Assembly (NCBI GenBank): GCA_947458575.1
Contig: CANHBE010000001.1
Coordinates: forward strand, 1-33,249
DNA: 33,249 bases
Direction of reading: 5' to 3'
Source: Flavobacteriaceae bacterium
GTDB lineage: Bacteria; Bacteroidota; Bacteroidia; Flavobacteriales; Flavobacteriaceae
This document shows, in pieces, positions 1 through 10,471 of the stretch; position 1 is the first letter of the stretch; each line of letters starts with the position of its first letter. The position numbers and the translations under genes were made by a program. The notes beneath the pieces are model-generated. The model saw nothing but the letters and a program-made list of their open reading frames with translations, was not told the DNA's origin and searched no databases.

Positions 1-561
1 GTTCATCATGTGCTTACAGAACTAAAAATTAGAAGAGCAATTCTAATAGGACATTCTATGGGAGGCTACGTTGCACTTGCTTTTGCAGATCTCTTCCCAG
101 AGTATATGAAGGGTTTGGTATTGCTCAACTCGACATCTAAAGAAGATAATCCTGAACGAAAAACAAATCGGGATCGCGCTATCAAAGCTGTAAAGTCAGA
201 TTTTACCTCTTTTGTGCGACTTTCAATTTCCAATCTTTTTTATGAACACAACCGGGTAAGATTAAGTAATGAAATTGAGTCAATAAAATTAGAGGCGCTG
301 AAAACCCCTTTGCAAGGTATTGTGGCTGCATTAGAGGGAATGAAAATTAGAAAAAATCGCGAATTTTTGCTTCATCTTACTTCATTTCCAAAACTTCTCA
401 TTTTAGGAAAGAAAGACAGCGTGCTCAATTTCGAGGAAAGCGTCACGCAAACAGAAAATACTTCCGTTCAGGTGGTTGCGTTCCCGGACGGTCACATGAG
501 CCATATCGAAAACAAGAATGAGCTCTTAGACATTCTTTTAGGCTTTATCAAAGGCCTATAG
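1..561 (+). CDS. Alpha/beta-fold hydrolase (5'-truncated by window edge)
   Basis: Frame is open from base 1. GHSMGG nucleophile elbow, with Asp (GKKD) and His (GHMSH) at catalytic-triad positions. Confidence 0.88.
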   Translation, partial: VHHVLTELKIRRAILIGHSMGGYVALAFADLFPEYMKGLVLLNSTSKEDNPERKTNRDRAIKAVKSDFTSFVRLSISNLFYEHNRVRLSNEIESIKLEALKTPLQGIVAALEGMKIRKNREFLLHLTSFPKLLILGKKDSVLNFEESVTQTENTSVQVVAFPDGHMSHIENKNELLDILLGFIKGL

Positions 562-568
562 GCTAAGC

Positions 569-3328
569 TCACAATTTTTCTTCAAACGGTATTGTTGGAT
601 CAAAAATCTCCTGAAGCAAGACTACAATTTCGTTGGTAAAATATTGCAATACTTCTTTTGTTATGATTGAATTTTCATTGTTTTCTGATTTGAAAATAAA
701 TGGCAAAAAGCCTGCACTGAGATTCTTAAAGGAAATTATGCCTGCCTCCATTTGACTAATTGTCGAATCTTCCATAAACATGTAGGAATATGCTAATACC
801 TGAATAATTTTGTCGTTTTTCAATTCTTTTGTAAGTCCGTCCCAGGTCTTTAAAACCATATTTCTCCTTTCAACCTTTCCTGTCTTGTAATCGATAACAC
901 GAACAATACCGTTTCTCTCTTCAATTCGATCAACATTACCCTTTATCAAAACTGGACAGGGTAATTTAGGGTCTGAAAGCCAACGCTGAAAAGTCGTCTC
1001 GATAGCGAGAATTCTGATTACATCACCATCATCTACAGCCTGTATTTCCTTCTTAATAAAGTTTTGTAGATGTCTCTTGGCAACTTCAAATGCTAACAAG
1101 TTGCGACCTTTGTTGATTTCACCTTCTCTATAAATCAATTTGAATTGGTTTCTCACTTCCTCTTCAATTAAATTTAAGAAACCTTGTAACACTGATTTTG
1201 TCAGTATTTTTCCTTCATAGGGTTTGTAAAAGGATCGCAGTGATTCATGAATAATAGTCCCAAGAGTATTTGCAGCAATTGTTTCTTCAACTTCTTCAAT
1301 TTCGCGAACCCGAAGAATTCTCTCTAGATAAAACGCAAATGGATTTCTTATATAACTGGTTAATGCTGACGGGGAAAAACTACTTTCAGCTATTTCGTGC
1401 AAACGATTTAGCACCAAATCTGACTTATAAATACTTCTCAATTTCGATGTAACCTTGGGCATTGCTGCATTAAAAATTTCATGAGAAATTGAATGATTCG
1501 GGCGGTTTTCAATCTCTATTTGAGTAATAAACCTGCTTTTTTCGCCTGCATCAAATCCTTCACTTTCGGTATTGTATAGCAGGAATACGTTCTTGGCCCG
1601 CTGCAATAAGTGGTAAAAGTGATAAGTGTAAATTGCGTCTTTTTCCTTATATGTTGGCAAACCATATTCTCGTTTTACATCATAGGGGATAAAAGAATTG
1701 CTTGATTTACCTGCTGGGAACTTGCCTTCGTTCATCGAAGTAATGATCACATTTTCAAAATCTAAAACTCTGCTTTCTAGAACTCCCATGACCTGAAGGC
1801 CGCTTAGGGGTTCGCCTTCAAAAGAAACCTCGGCCAAATCAACTATCTGCTTATATATGGAATACGCAATCTCCACAGTTGAAACATGACTGTACTGTGA
1901 GGCATAATTGATTAATTTATTGATGACTTTGTAGATCGAAAACAGAAATGCTTTAGCGATTTTTTCTTCTTCATTATCGCTAGAAATCTTTCCTTTAATC
2001 ACTTGAATTATCGCGACAATTCTATTTAATGATATTAAAACTTCTCCTTCCCACTTGTCAAACAGTAGATGAAACAACTCACAACGATTCTTCTGCAATT
2101 CGAACAATTTTGAATTTGAAATAAAAGAATAGTTATTTTTCTTGATAATCTCAACTAAAGGACCAGCGTTGACATATGAAGATATAAGTGGATGAGTCAA
2201 AACATCCAGAAGTTCTTTGTGATAAAAAGTGTAATTCCCTTTCCGTTTGATTGCACTAACATGCAATTTGAACAACTTGTTTACCAAGATTTGAGCTGGA
2301 TTATTCCTGCTAGAATAGCCCATTGTGATGTTTAATTTATCTACACTGTCCGGCAATGAATACAATACCGGCAGCAAAAGACTCTCATCTGCAAGGACAA
2401 TTGCCGTTCTGCTTAAATCGTTTTGAGAACTTTGGCTTTCTAATTTTTCTACAATGTTTCCAACGATTCTCGCTTGTCCGATAGACTTTGGCGTACCGAT
2501 AATATTTATTCTTTTCTTTTGATTAAACTCATTGCTAATCCATTCAAATGGGTTTGTTTTGTAAAAGGACCAATTCTTCTTGTACTGTCTAATAAACAAT
2601 CCGGCATCATGATCAGAATCTGACAGAAAAGACTCATCTATGTCCCAATAAATCTTTACATCAGCATTTACTTGAAGTTCCCTAAAAATTAACTCCTCCA
2701 CAGCGTTTAGTGCATTGAATCCGGCAAATATTAAATTCTTACCTCGGTACTGGCTATTATTTTCCTTTAGTCTATTTAATGCCTCTCTGTATATCATTCC
2801 TTGATATCCCTTTTTCTTCTGCAACAGGTGATTATAGAGGGATGAATAATATTCTGGAAGCCTTTTCCAAAAATCAAGATGTTTTTGTACAAGTTCTGAC
2901 CTAGGATCTGTGGTAACCGACCAGTGTTTGATTTCCTCAATATCATCCAAATATCGAAGAATTCTGTTTGGGTCTATTAGATATCTGTCAATCTCATTAA
3001 AATCCTGCAGTAGAGTTTTTCCCCAATTGGCAAAGATTTCAAATGACTGAGGCTCGGTATCTTTGCATTTTGTAACATAAACTTGATAAAACTCAAAAAG
3101 AATCTCAACAGGGTCTATTTGACGTAGTCCAGCGAGATCTTCCACGAAATCTTCTATGCTTAGTATTTGAGGAGAAAAAGTAGGGCTAGCAATTTGCTTT
3201 CTCAATGCATCGATTAAATAGATTCTTGCCCTCTTACTAGGTAAGACAACTATAGTTTCTGTTAATTCATCTTTGTAATCATGAATTAGAGTTTCGGCTA
3301 TTTTCCCAATAAACGATGTGTCTGTCAT
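569..3328 (-). CDS. addB: AddB-like subunit: inactive helicase-like N-terminus plus C-terminal PD-(D/E)XK nuclease
   Basis: 919 aa. C-terminal FSPSAL, GTIIH, GNVDRIE and IDYKTG RecB-type nuclease motifs; no Walker A; addA-like gene nearby on the same strand. Confidence 0.8.
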   Translation of the reverse strand: MTDTSFIGKIAETLIHDYKDELTETIVVLPSKRARIYLIDALRKQIASPTFSPQILSIEDFVEDLAGLRQIDPVEILFEFYQVYVTKCKDTEPQSFEIFANWGKTLLQDFNEIDRYLIDPNRILRYLDDIEEIKHWSVTTDPRSELVQKHLDFWKRLPEYYSSLYNHLLQKKKGYQGMIYREALNRLKENNSQYRGKNLIFAGFNALNAVEELIFRELQVNADVKIYWDIDESFLSDSDHDAGLFIRQYKKNWSFYKTNPFEWISNEFNQKKRINIIGTPKSIGQARIVGNIVEKLESQSSQNDLSRTAIVLADESLLLPVLYSLPDSVDKLNITMGYSSRNNPAQILVNKLFKLHVSAIKRKGNYTFYHKELLDVLTHPLISSYVNAGPLVEIIKKNNYSFISNSKLFELQKNRCELFHLLFDKWEGEVLISLNRIVAIIQVIKGKISSDNEEEKIAKAFLFSIYKVINKLINYASQYSHVSTVEIAYSIYKQIVDLAEVSFEGEPLSGLQVMGVLESRVLDFENVIITSMNEGKFPAGKSSNSFIPYDVKREYGLPTYKEKDAIYTYHFYHLLQRAKNVFLLYNTESEGFDAGEKSRFITQIEIENRPNHSISHEIFNAAMPKVTSKLRSIYKSDLVLNRLHEIAESSFSPSALTSYIRNPFAFYLERILRVREIEEVEETIAANTLGTIIHESLRSFYKPYEGKILTKSVLQGFLNLIEEEVRNQFKLIYREGEINKGRNLLAFEVAKRHLQNFIKKEIQAVDDGDVIRILAIETTFQRWLSDPKLPCPVLIKGNVDRIEERNGIVRVIDYKTGKVERRNMVLKTWDGLTKELKNDKIIQVLAYSYMFMEDSTISQMEAGIISFKNLSAGFLPFIFKSENNENSIITKEVLQYFTNEIVVLLQEIFDPTIPFEEKL

Positions 3329-3339
3329 TTTATAAAAAT

Positions 3340-3371
3340 AAAAAACGTCTCAATAACTTGAGACGTTTTTT
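3340..3371 (-). terminator. Intrinsic terminator after the OmpA-family gene
   Basis: Perfect inverted repeat AAAAAACGTCTCAA-taac-TTGAGACGTTTTTT about 20 nt past the stop. Confidence 0.85.
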
Positions 3372-3391
3372 TAAAATATTATCAAGAAGAA

Positions 3392-4798
3392 TTATCTAAC
3401 CAAATTCACTTCAACTCTTCTGTTATTAGCTTTACCAGCTTTAGTTTTATTGCTATCTATAGGCTTACTTTCTCCAAAACCAGTAGAGGTTAATCTTTCC
3501 TCTGCAACTCCATTTGTTACCAAATAATCCTTAACTGCTTTGGCTCTGTCTTCTGAAAGTTTCTGATTAGCAGCATCTTTTCCATCGCTGTCAGTATGAC
3601 CTTCAATGCTAAACTTCGAATCTGGGTACTCTTTCAAGATTGCTGCAATAGATTGCAGAACAGGGTAAGTTTGTTGTTGGAAAGTAGATTTACCAGAGTT
3701 AAACAATATTGTTTTCGCGTATGCATTCAACTTCTTAACTTGCTCCTCAGAAATTTCTGGACATCCTTTGTTAGCAACGGTACCTTTTACATCAACACAC
3801 TTATCATCTTTATCCAAAACTCCGTCTCCGTCTGTGTCTGGCCAAGGACATCCACCATTTTCTTTTGGACCTTTAACTTCAGGACATTTGTCAGACTTAT
3901 CTGTAACACCATCTCCATCAGCATCTGGACAACCGTTCAAAGATTTAGGACCTGCAACTTCTGGACAAGCATCATCTTTGTCAGCTATTCCATCTGCATC
4001 CGTATCAGGGCATCCTTGGAACTCAGCTAATCCAGCAACATCTGGACATGAATCACTACCATCAATTATACCATCACCATCAGTATCTGGACAACCTTTA
4101 AATTGCTTAAGACCAGCAACTTCAGGACACGCATCATCTTTGTCGTATATACCATCACCATCTGTATCTTTACCTCCAAATTTAAATGTTAAACCTGCGA
4201 AATGCTGCATGTGTGATGGAACATTCTGCTCGGGAATTCTTGCTTCATTATCAAATGAGTACTTGTATGTAGACTGAAACGACAAACCAACCATTTCTGT
4301 GAACCAAAAGGTCAGTCCAAAACCACCGTTTGCGGTTCCGAAACTAGCATCACCCATAGAAGCGTAACCTCCTCCAACATGCATCGAAGGATCTACAACT
4401 TTCCAACCAAACATTTTAGCAAAACTATATTTGATTTCTCCATCCGCAGCATAGTAACTTAAGTCGCCTGGATTGATTACAGTATAATCACCTGGAATCG
4501 TAACTCGTGGCTCAACCCATCTTTTGATTCTGTTAACGGATCCTGTAATTCCGAAAGAAAAACTTCCGCCAACATTTCGTGATACATTGATGTATGATAC
4601 AGATGGAAGGATATTCCAATTATCATTTACATTGAAATACTGAGAAAATTGATCTTCAATGCTAGAAGCCGCACTAACTCGAGTGTCAACCGCATTTGTT
4701 CCAAAGGAAATAGCCCATGGGTTGTTACTATCTTGTGCCTGTGAACTTAGTCCAGTAAACATTAAAACAGCAGCAAATAATTTGTTAAGATGTTTCAT
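3392..4798 (-). CDS. OmpA-family outer membrane protein with thrombospondin type-3 Ca-binding repeats
   Basis: Signal peptide [21 protein letters not shown]; ATG 4798 preferred because the promoter lies inside the longer ORF. Beta-barrel N-terminus, 5 DxDxDG..D.C repeats, C-terminal OmpA domain ([20 protein letters not shown]). Confidence 0.93.
   Translation of the reverse strand: MKHLNKLFAAVLMFTGLSSQAQDSNNPWAISFGTNAVDTRVSAASSIEDQFSQYFNVNDNWNILPSVSYINVSRNVGGSFSFGITGSVNRIKRWVEPRVTIPGDYTVINPGDLSYYAADGEIKYSFAKMFGWKVVDPSMHVGGGYASMGDASFGTANGGFGLTFWFTEMVGLSFQSTYKYSFDNEARIPEQNVPSHMQHFAGLTFKFGGKDTDGDGIYDKDDACPEVAGLKQFKGCPDTDGDGIIDGSDSCPDVAGLAEFQGCPDTDADGIADKDDACPEVAGPKSLNGCPDADGDGVTDKSDKCPEVKGPKENGGCPWPDTDGDGVLDKDDKCVDVKGTVANKGCPEISEEQVKKLNAYAKTILFNSGKSTFQQQTYPVLQSIAAILKEYPDSKFSIEGHTDSDGKDAANQKLSEDRAKAVKDYLVTNGVAEERLTSTGFGESKPIDSNKTKAGKANNRRVEVNLVR
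3758..4168 (-). repeat. Five ~81-bp coding repeats (TSP3-like, 27 aa each)
   Basis: [27 protein letters not shown] and four diverged copies. Confidence 0.9.
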
Positions 4799-4831
4799 AC
4801 TTAAATTTGTTAGATTACAATAATTGTTAGG

Positions 4832-4862
4832 CAAAAATAACATCTAAATTCTTAATTACAAA
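4832..4862 (-). promoter_or_regulatory. Bacteroidota primary-sigma promoter of the OmpA-family gene
   Basis: TTTG (4862-4859)-N19-TATTTTTG (4839-4832) matches the -33/-7 consensus. Confidence 0.75.
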
Positions 4863-4908
4863 ATGAAATGTTAAAAAAAAGCCTGCTAATAACTTAATGA
4901 AGTGATAA

Positions 4909-6102
4909 TTACACCACATTTAACATTTTCCCCACTTCCGAAAACGCAGATATAGCGATATCTATTTGTTGCTTTGTGTGCGCCGCTGACAATTGAACTC
5001 TAATTCTTGCTTTGCCTTTTGGCACGACAGGGAAGAAAAAACCAACAACATAAACGCCTCTTTTAAGCAATTCATCTGCCATAGTCTGAGACAATTGAGC
5101 ATCGTAGAGCATCACAGGAACAATAGCAGAATCTCCATCAATAATGTCAAAACCTGCTTTTTTGATTTGCTCCTTAAAATATTTTGTATTCCATTCGAGT
5201 TTGTCTCTCAGAGTTGTTTCTTTCTCAAGCAAATCAAAAACTTTAATTGAAGCTCCGACTATTGCGGGCGCTAAGGAATTGGAAAACAGATAAGGCCTAG
5301 ATCTTTGTCTCAAAATCTCGATAATTTCCTTACGACCTGTTGTATATCCTCCCATTGCTCCTCCAAGCGCCTTACCAAGTGTGCCGGTAATTATGTCAAC
5401 TCTTCCCATTACTCCCTTGGCTTCTAAAGTTCCTTTCCCTGTCGCTCCGATGAACCCGGCTGCATGACATTCATCCACCATAACAAGCGCATTGTATTTG
5501 TCTGCCAAATCACATATTTTATCTAATGGAGCAACAATGCCATCCATTGAAAAAACACCGTCAGTCACTATAAGCTTGTAGCGAGCATTTGAGGCATCGG
5601 CTTGAATCAATTGAGATTCTAAATCCTGCATGTTACTGTTTTCGTATCGATACCTTTTAGCTTTGCAAAGTCTAACCCCATCAATTATCGAAGCGTGATT
5701 AAGACTATCCGAAATGATGGCATCTTCTTCATTAAACAAAGGTTCAAAAACTCCTCCATTTGCATCGAAAGCAGCTGCATAAAGTATTGTGTCTTCAGTA
5801 CCATAGAATGCTGCTATTCTCTTTTCAAGGGTCTTATGGATGTCTTGAGTCCCGCAAATGAACCGAACTGAGGACATCCCAAATCCGTGTGAGTCCAAAG
5901 TGTCTTTCGCTGCCTTAATGACGTCAGGATGTGAAGATAACCCCAAATAATTGTTGGCACAAAAATTCAGTACTTTCTCTCCACTTTCAATTTCTATTTC
6001 AGCTCCCTGAGACGAAGTGATAATTCTTTCCCTTTTAAACAATCCGTTTTCCTTGATTGTATTTAACTCATCTTCAAGGCATTGCTTTAAATTTCCGTAC
6101 AT
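4909..6102 (-). CDS. kbl: Glycine C-acetyltransferase (2-amino-3-ketobutyrate CoA ligase)
   Basis: [29 protein letters not shown] (PLP lysine), [11 protein letters not shown]. Confidence 0.96.
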   Translation of the reverse strand: MYGNLKQCLEDELNTIKENGLFKRERIITSSQGAEIEIESGEKVLNFCANNYLGLSSHPDVIKAAKDTLDSHGFGMSSVRFICGTQDIHKTLEKRIAAFYGTEDTILYAAAFDANGGVFEPLFNEEDAIISDSLNHASIIDGVRLCKAKRYRYENSNMQDLESQLIQADASNARYKLIVTDGVFSMDGIVAPLDKICDLADKYNALVMVDECHAAGFIGATGKGTLEAKGVMGRVDIITGTLGKALGGAMGGYTTGRKEIIEILRQRSRPYLFSNSLAPAIVGASIKVFDLLEKETTLRDKLEWNTKYFKEQIKKAGFDIIDGDSAIVPVMLYDAQLSQTMADELLKRGVYVVGFFFPVVPKGKARIRVQLSAAHTKQQIDIAISAFSEVGKMLNVV

Positions 6103-6113
6103 AATTTCATATT

Positions 6114-9100
6114 TTACAATTGAACTAACTCGATTTTTTCGCCAATATAAACCAAAGTCTTGGCTTTTACCACAAATTTCATTTTTTCCAATACCATCTG
6201 GTAGTTTTCTAATTGAAGACGATGTTTCTCCTGATGTAATCCGGTCTTATAGTCAAGAATGAAAGCGTGATTATTTGAATTGATTACAACTCGGTCTGGT
6301 ATTAGAAGACTTCCTTCATTATTAATAATAACTTGCTCGCTGTAAACTTTTTCTGCATCGGAGAAAAAGACCGACAGCTCTTTGTGGCTCACTATTTCAC
6401 TGATTGTCTTGCCAACTTTCCCCATTTGGCTACGCTGAATTAATCCAACTTCAACTGCATTTTCAATAGCGCTCTTTAAATCACTTTCTTTGACAACCCA
6501 AGAAAGAATTTTATGAATCAAATTACCATATTCTATGGCCGATTCTTGGTAAGTCCCCCAAAGACCAGAATCCCTCTGAGCAATTCTTATTCTTTTGGGA
6601 TCGAATTTGGAAAGCACTTCAACTATTAGATTTTGATTAAATGGTGTTGAATGATCAATTGATAATCTATCGACTTTACCAAAAGAGTAATGGGTTTTGT
6701 TTTTATCATAAATATTGATACTCTCTAAATATTTCACAAAGAAAGATGCCATGTTGTTGGGGAAAGTCCCGTCCTTTCTCGGTTGAATTTCAGTGGAAAT
6801 AATGTGCAGTTGCTCCTCTGCTCTTGTCAATGCTACGTACAATATGTTGATATTGTCCAATAATTCCTCTTGCTTCTGCTTCTTGTATTCAACTGATGCA
6901 TGTTCTCCAAAATTTTCTACAGATCGACTGTTATCTATCAGGACTCTTGATAATCCATAATCATCGTTGGTGTTTTTTATCCAAATTCTTTCTTTTGGAC
7001 TTTTCTCGTATTCTTCCTCAGCAAAAGGGAAAATAACAACGGGAAATTCGAGTCCTTTGGATTTATGAACTGTTAGAATCCGAACCGCATCAGTTTCTTC
7101 AGGCAACGGAACGCTATGTTTATTTGAATTCTCTTTCCAATACGATAAAAAATCTGAAATACCAGCTTGCTTGTGATAATCCCGTTCCAAAATCAAATCC
7201 AAAAAACATTGCAAGTAGGCATCGCGATACTTTGAATCAACAAGCACCCCAATTAATAGCTCAACCGCTTCGTAAAGGGACTTTCTTCTTAATTCAGTCC
7301 ATTTAATTGATATATCAAATTCGTGAAGCCAAGCCTCAAATTGGACTTCTTTCTCCAGTTTCATTCCCGCAGCAATAAAGTCGTGTTTCTCAAAAGAATG
7401 ATTTAATTTACAAGAAAGATAATAGAGCATATTTGCTTTTGACTCTCGGTTGTTCTGATTGTGTAGATATTCTAATACACTTACAATAAACTTGACTTCA
7501 GGTGAATTATCAATCAATAACGTTTCTGACGAAATAATTGGGATACTGTGCTGGGACAAATAATTTGCCAATTCAACGCCTTGAATTTTCTTTCTGGTGA
7601 GAATTGCAATCTGTTTGTAGCTGAATCCTTGTTGAAGGCTTTCCTTTATTCTATCAAGGGAAGCTTTGCAATACATAGTTTTGCGATCTAGCTCTTCTTC
7701 ATTTAGATCGATATCCTCTTCCGATTTTGAAGCTAAAAAAGTTATACCAACATACCCGCCTTGCTTGTCAGTGCATAACTGCTGGCTGTGGTTTTGATAC
7801 AGATTCTTGTAATTTGGATCTTCAAATTCTCCAGACAAGAATCTAAAAAAGCTGTTATTAAAAGTAATCACTTCTGAATAACTGCGATAATTTGTGTCTA
7901 ATTCAAATACTTTTTTGTCTTTATTGTGGAAGGGATTATTACAATTACTTAATTCAATAAATTGTTCTGCCTTTCCTCCTCTCCATCTATAGATGGACTG
8001 CTTTGGGTCGCCAACAATCATTAACGTTCCTTTGTTCTCTGGCCCAAATTCACTAGATAAAGCATTATCTATCAATGGAACTAGGTTCTGCCATTGCATT
8101 TCTGAGGTATCTTGAAATTCATCGATAAAGAAATGGTGATATTTTTCTCCTATTCTTTCGTAGATAAAAGGAGCAGGTTGGTTCTGAATGTGATGATAAA
8201 TAAGTGAATTAAACTCAGCAATCGACAGTAGATTTTGCTCTTTCTGGATAACTGTCAACTCTGCCGAAATTGTATTCAAAAGTGACAACGGCGTAATATT
8301 CTTTAAAACAGCTTTGTAAAACGCGATCCTTTCAAAATTTTGGTAAGCCTCATTTAGTAGAACCACAATTTTTGGAAGGAGTAAATTTATTTCAGAAACA
8401 TCCGTAGCAGATTTGTTTAATTGAACACTATCAACAGTTTCGAACTTTTTGTTACTTTCTTTGAAATTTCCCAAACTAATACTTCGCAAATGATTGGGAA
8501 AAGTTCCTCTTGAAAACGAACTCAAATTAATGTTTGAATTCGAAAGTAATTCCAATGCGGCGTTTCCAATATTAATGTTAATTTGTTCAAGATGTTCCTT
8601 CGAGTCCTGAATCTTTTTCTTGGCCTCTATAAAGTCTTCGATTTCATTTTTGTGAAGCTCATCTATTTGTTCTCTGTTGTTCTCGCTGTAAAGAAGTTTA
8701 CTTACTTCGAAAATCTCTCGGGTAATGTCCCACGATTTATCACTATCTGTCTTCTCAAAAGCAAAATCGACAAGGAGATTAGTGATGCTCTCTGATTGTC
8801 CAGCCTGCGAGACAATAGATTCGACAGCCTCAATTAATAAAGAGTCAGTGTCCAAAACAACTTCAAATGTAATTGGCAGATCCAAATCATAAGCAAAAGC
8901 CCGAATTACTTTGTGTGTAAATTTATCAATGGTTAATATGTCAAAAGAAGCATAATTGTGCACTAAGTGCTTTATGATTTTTCGAGCTTTTTCCTTTAAT
9001 TCTAAAGTTGACTTATTAGTCTCTTTCGATAATTGCTCTAATAATTGCTTTGATTTTTCACTTGCTTCAGGTCTCGAAAACTGATGTAAATTATAAACTA

Positions 9101-9290
9101 TACGGCTTTTCATCTCATGAACAGCCTTGTTTGTAAATGTTATGGCTAAAATATTCCGATAACTATCATTTCTCGGAGACGAAAGGATAATTTTCAGGTA
9201 CTCTTTGACTAATGTGTAGGTCTTTCCTGATCCGGCTGAAGCATCATATACGGAGAACGAAGGTATATCTTTACTTACTATTTCCTCCAT
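6114..9290 (-). CDS. addA: AddA-like UvrD-family helicase/nuclease
   Basis: [48 protein letters not shown]; C-terminal GNLIH..PDR..DYKTG nuclease. Start is 9290 or 9296. Confidence 0.88.
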   Translation of the reverse strand: MEEIVSKDIPSFSVYDASAGSGKTYTLVKEYLKIILSSPRNDSYRNILAITFTNKAVHEMKSRIVYNLHQFSRPEASEKSKQLLEQLSKETNKSTLELKEKARKIIKHLVHNYASFDILTIDKFTHKVIRAFAYDLDLPITFEVVLDTDSLLIEAVESIVSQAGQSESITNLLVDFAFEKTDSDKSWDITREIFEVSKLLYSENNREQIDELHKNEIEDFIEAKKKIQDSKEHLEQININIGNAALELLSNSNINLSSFSRGTFPNHLRSISLGNFKESNKKFETVDSVQLNKSATDVSEINLLLPKIVVLLNEAYQNFERIAFYKAVLKNITPLSLLNTISAELTVIQKEQNLLSIAEFNSLIYHHIQNQPAPFIYERIGEKYHHFFIDEFQDTSEMQWQNLVPLIDNALSSEFGPENKGTLMIVGDPKQSIYRWRGGKAEQFIELSNCNNPFHNKDKKVFELDTNYRSYSEVITFNNSFFRFLSGEFEDPNYKNLYQNHSQQLCTDKQGGYVGITFLASKSEEDIDLNEEELDRKTMYCKASLDRIKESLQQGFSYKQIAILTRKKIQGVELANYLSQHSIPIISSETLLIDNSPEVKFIVSVLEYLHNQNNRESKANMLYYLSCKLNHSFEKHDFIAAGMKLEKEVQFEAWLHEFDISIKWTELRRKSLYEAVELLIGVLVDSKYRDAYLQCFLDLILERDYHKQAGISDFLSYWKENSNKHSVPLPEETDAVRILTVHKSKGLEFPVVIFPFAEEEYEKSPKERIWIKNTNDDYGLSRVLIDNSRSVENFGEHASVEYKKQKQEELLDNINILYVALTRAEEQLHIISTEIQPRKDGTFPNNMASFFVKYLESINIYDKNKTHYSFGKVDRLSIDHSTPFNQNLIVEVLSKFDPKRIRIAQRDSGLWGTYQESAIEYGNLIHKILSWVVKESDLKSAIENAVEVGLIQRSQMGKVGKTISEIVSHKELSVFFSDAEKVYSEQVIINNEGSLLIPDRVVINSNNHAFILDYKTGLHQEKHRLQLENYQMVLEKMKFVVKAKTLVYIGEKIELVQL

Positions 9291-9375
9291 TATCATTTTG
9301 TTTGTTAAAGTTTGTCATTCAGCGCTACTTTACTGGCTCTCTTAGCCAAATAATTAGAATAAGGTGTTTCTTTTC

Positions 9376-9397
9376 CAAAGTTAAATCATTAATTTTG
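9376..9397. promoter_or_regulatory. Divergent -7 promoter elements for addA (-) and sodA (+)
   Basis: TAACTTTG on minus (9383-9376) and TAATTTTG on plus (9390-9397); -33 boxes not clear. Confidence 0.55.
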
Positions 9398-9432
9398 AAT
9401 AAAAATTTTTACGAACTACTAAAACTACATTT

Positions 9433-10041
9433 ATGGCCTTTGAATTACCCTCGTTAACTTATGATTATGATGCATTAGAGCCACATATTGATGCTCGTAC
9501 TATGGAGATTCATCATACAAAACATCACAATGCATATACAACTAACTTGAATGCAGCGATTTCCAATACTGATTTGGAAGGCAAAACTATTGAAAACATA
9601 CTCATTAATCTTGACATGACAAACATGGCTGTCAGAAACAATGGAGGCGGTTTTTATAATCACAACTTATTTTGGACAGTAATGTCTCCTAATGGCGGCG
9701 GAGTTCCCAATGGAGAATTATTGAATGCAATTGAAAGAGATTTCGATACTTTCGATGAATTTAAAGCACGTTTTGGTAAAGCTGGTGTTACCCAATTTGG
9801 TTCAGGTTGGGCATGGCTTTGTGTCAAAAATGGAGGAAAATTAGAAATCTGTGGGACTGCAAATCAAGACAATCCTTTGATGCCTGATATTGGCTGCGGG
9901 GGAACACCAATACTTGGCATGGATGTTTGGGAGCATGCATATTACCTAAATTATCAAAACAGAAGACCTGATTATATTGAAGCTTTTTTTAATGTAATCA
10001 ATTGGACTGAAGTGGCGAGAAGATACGCAATCGCCAAATAA
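9433..10041 (+). CDS. sodA: Superoxide dismutase, Mn-type signature
   Basis: [20 protein letters not shown] and DVWEHAYY motifs. Confidence 0.93.
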   Translation: MAFELPSLTYDYDALEPHIDARTMEIHHTKHHNAYTTNLNAAISNTDLEGKTIENILINLDMTNMAVRNNGGGFYNHNLFWTVMSPNGGGVPNGELLNAIERDFDTFDEFKARFGKAGVTQFGSGWAWLCVKNGGKLEICGTANQDNPLMPDIGCGGTPILGMDVWEHAYYLNYQNRRPDYIEAFFNVINWTEVARRYAIAK

Positions 10042-10058
10042 GTAGTTTAGATATGCCA

Positions 10059-10103
10059 TAAAGAAAAGGCCGGTTTTGTAGAACAAAACCGGCCTTTTCT
10101 TTA
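10059..10103. terminator. Bidirectional terminator after sodA
   Basis: 21-bp perfect stem TAAAGAAAAGGCCGGTTTTGT / ACAAAACCGGCCTTTTCTTTA with a 3-nt loop. Confidence 0.9.
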
Positions 10104-10114
10104 GATAGTTGTAA

Positions 10115-10190
10115 AAAATAAAAAAGGTGAAATTGCTTTCACCCTTTTTGCCCCAAATCTACCATAAGCTTAAACCTACTAAATTATGGT
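10115..10190 (-). ncRNA. Putative small RNA, tandem copy 1
   Basis: Upstream TATATTTA (-7 variant, 10202-10195). 5' stem ACCAUAA/UUAUGGU, linker AGAUUUGGGGC, terminator GGUGAAA-GCAA-UUUCACC-U6. Paralog 192 bp away. Confidence 0.68.
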
Positions 10191-10306
10191 GCTGTAAATA
10201 TATTACCAAATCCCAGCTTTGCATTATTGAACGCTTAATTATATTGGAATAATAGGCAAATAAGAGTGAATGTGCCTTTTTGAATAGGTCTAAATCAAAA
10301 CTATTG

Positions 10307-10382
10307 AAAATAAAAAAGGTGAAATTTCTTTCACCCTTTTTGCCCCAAATCTACCATAAACTTAACCTACTAATGCTATGGT
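10307..10382 (-). ncRNA. Putative small RNA, tandem copy 2
   Basis: Consensus promoter directly upstream. 5' stem ACCAUAG/UUAUGGU (G-U pair), same linker, terminator with GAAA loop and U6. Confidence 0.72.
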
Positions 10383-10386
10383 TCAC

Positions 10387-10418
10387 CAAAAGTATAGTTA
10401 CGAACTCTTTTCCACAAA
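10387..10418 (-). promoter_or_regulatory. Promoter of sRNA copy 2
   Basis: TTTG (10418-10415)-N20-TACTTTTG (10394-10387), exact consensus, with no protein-sized ORF downstream on this strand. Confidence 0.75.
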
Positions 10419-10471
10419 TAAATTAGACGAACTACACCAAAACTCGATAAAGTGTTGAGAGTTTGTCCGTG

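Noticed and set aside
3596-4277. Plus-strand ORFs of 144 and 169 aa with repetitive sequence
   Set aside because: Antisense shadows of the OmpA TSP3 repeats.
4799-4843. N-terminal extensions in the ORF track (also 17090, 20293, 21292, 21776, 26642)
   Set aside because: They overlap promoter elements or precede clear signal peptides or family N-termini, so downstream ATGs were chosen.
569-9296. Helicase plus nuclease pair as a novel anti-phage system
   Set aside because: Sizes and motifs fit housekeeping AddAB, and the context is core genome with no mobility or defence genes.
10115-10382. Direct repeats read as a CRISPR array or as insertion-sequence ends
   Set aside because: Only two 76-nt units with a 116-nt gap, no cas or transposase genes, and each unit has promoter and terminator features.
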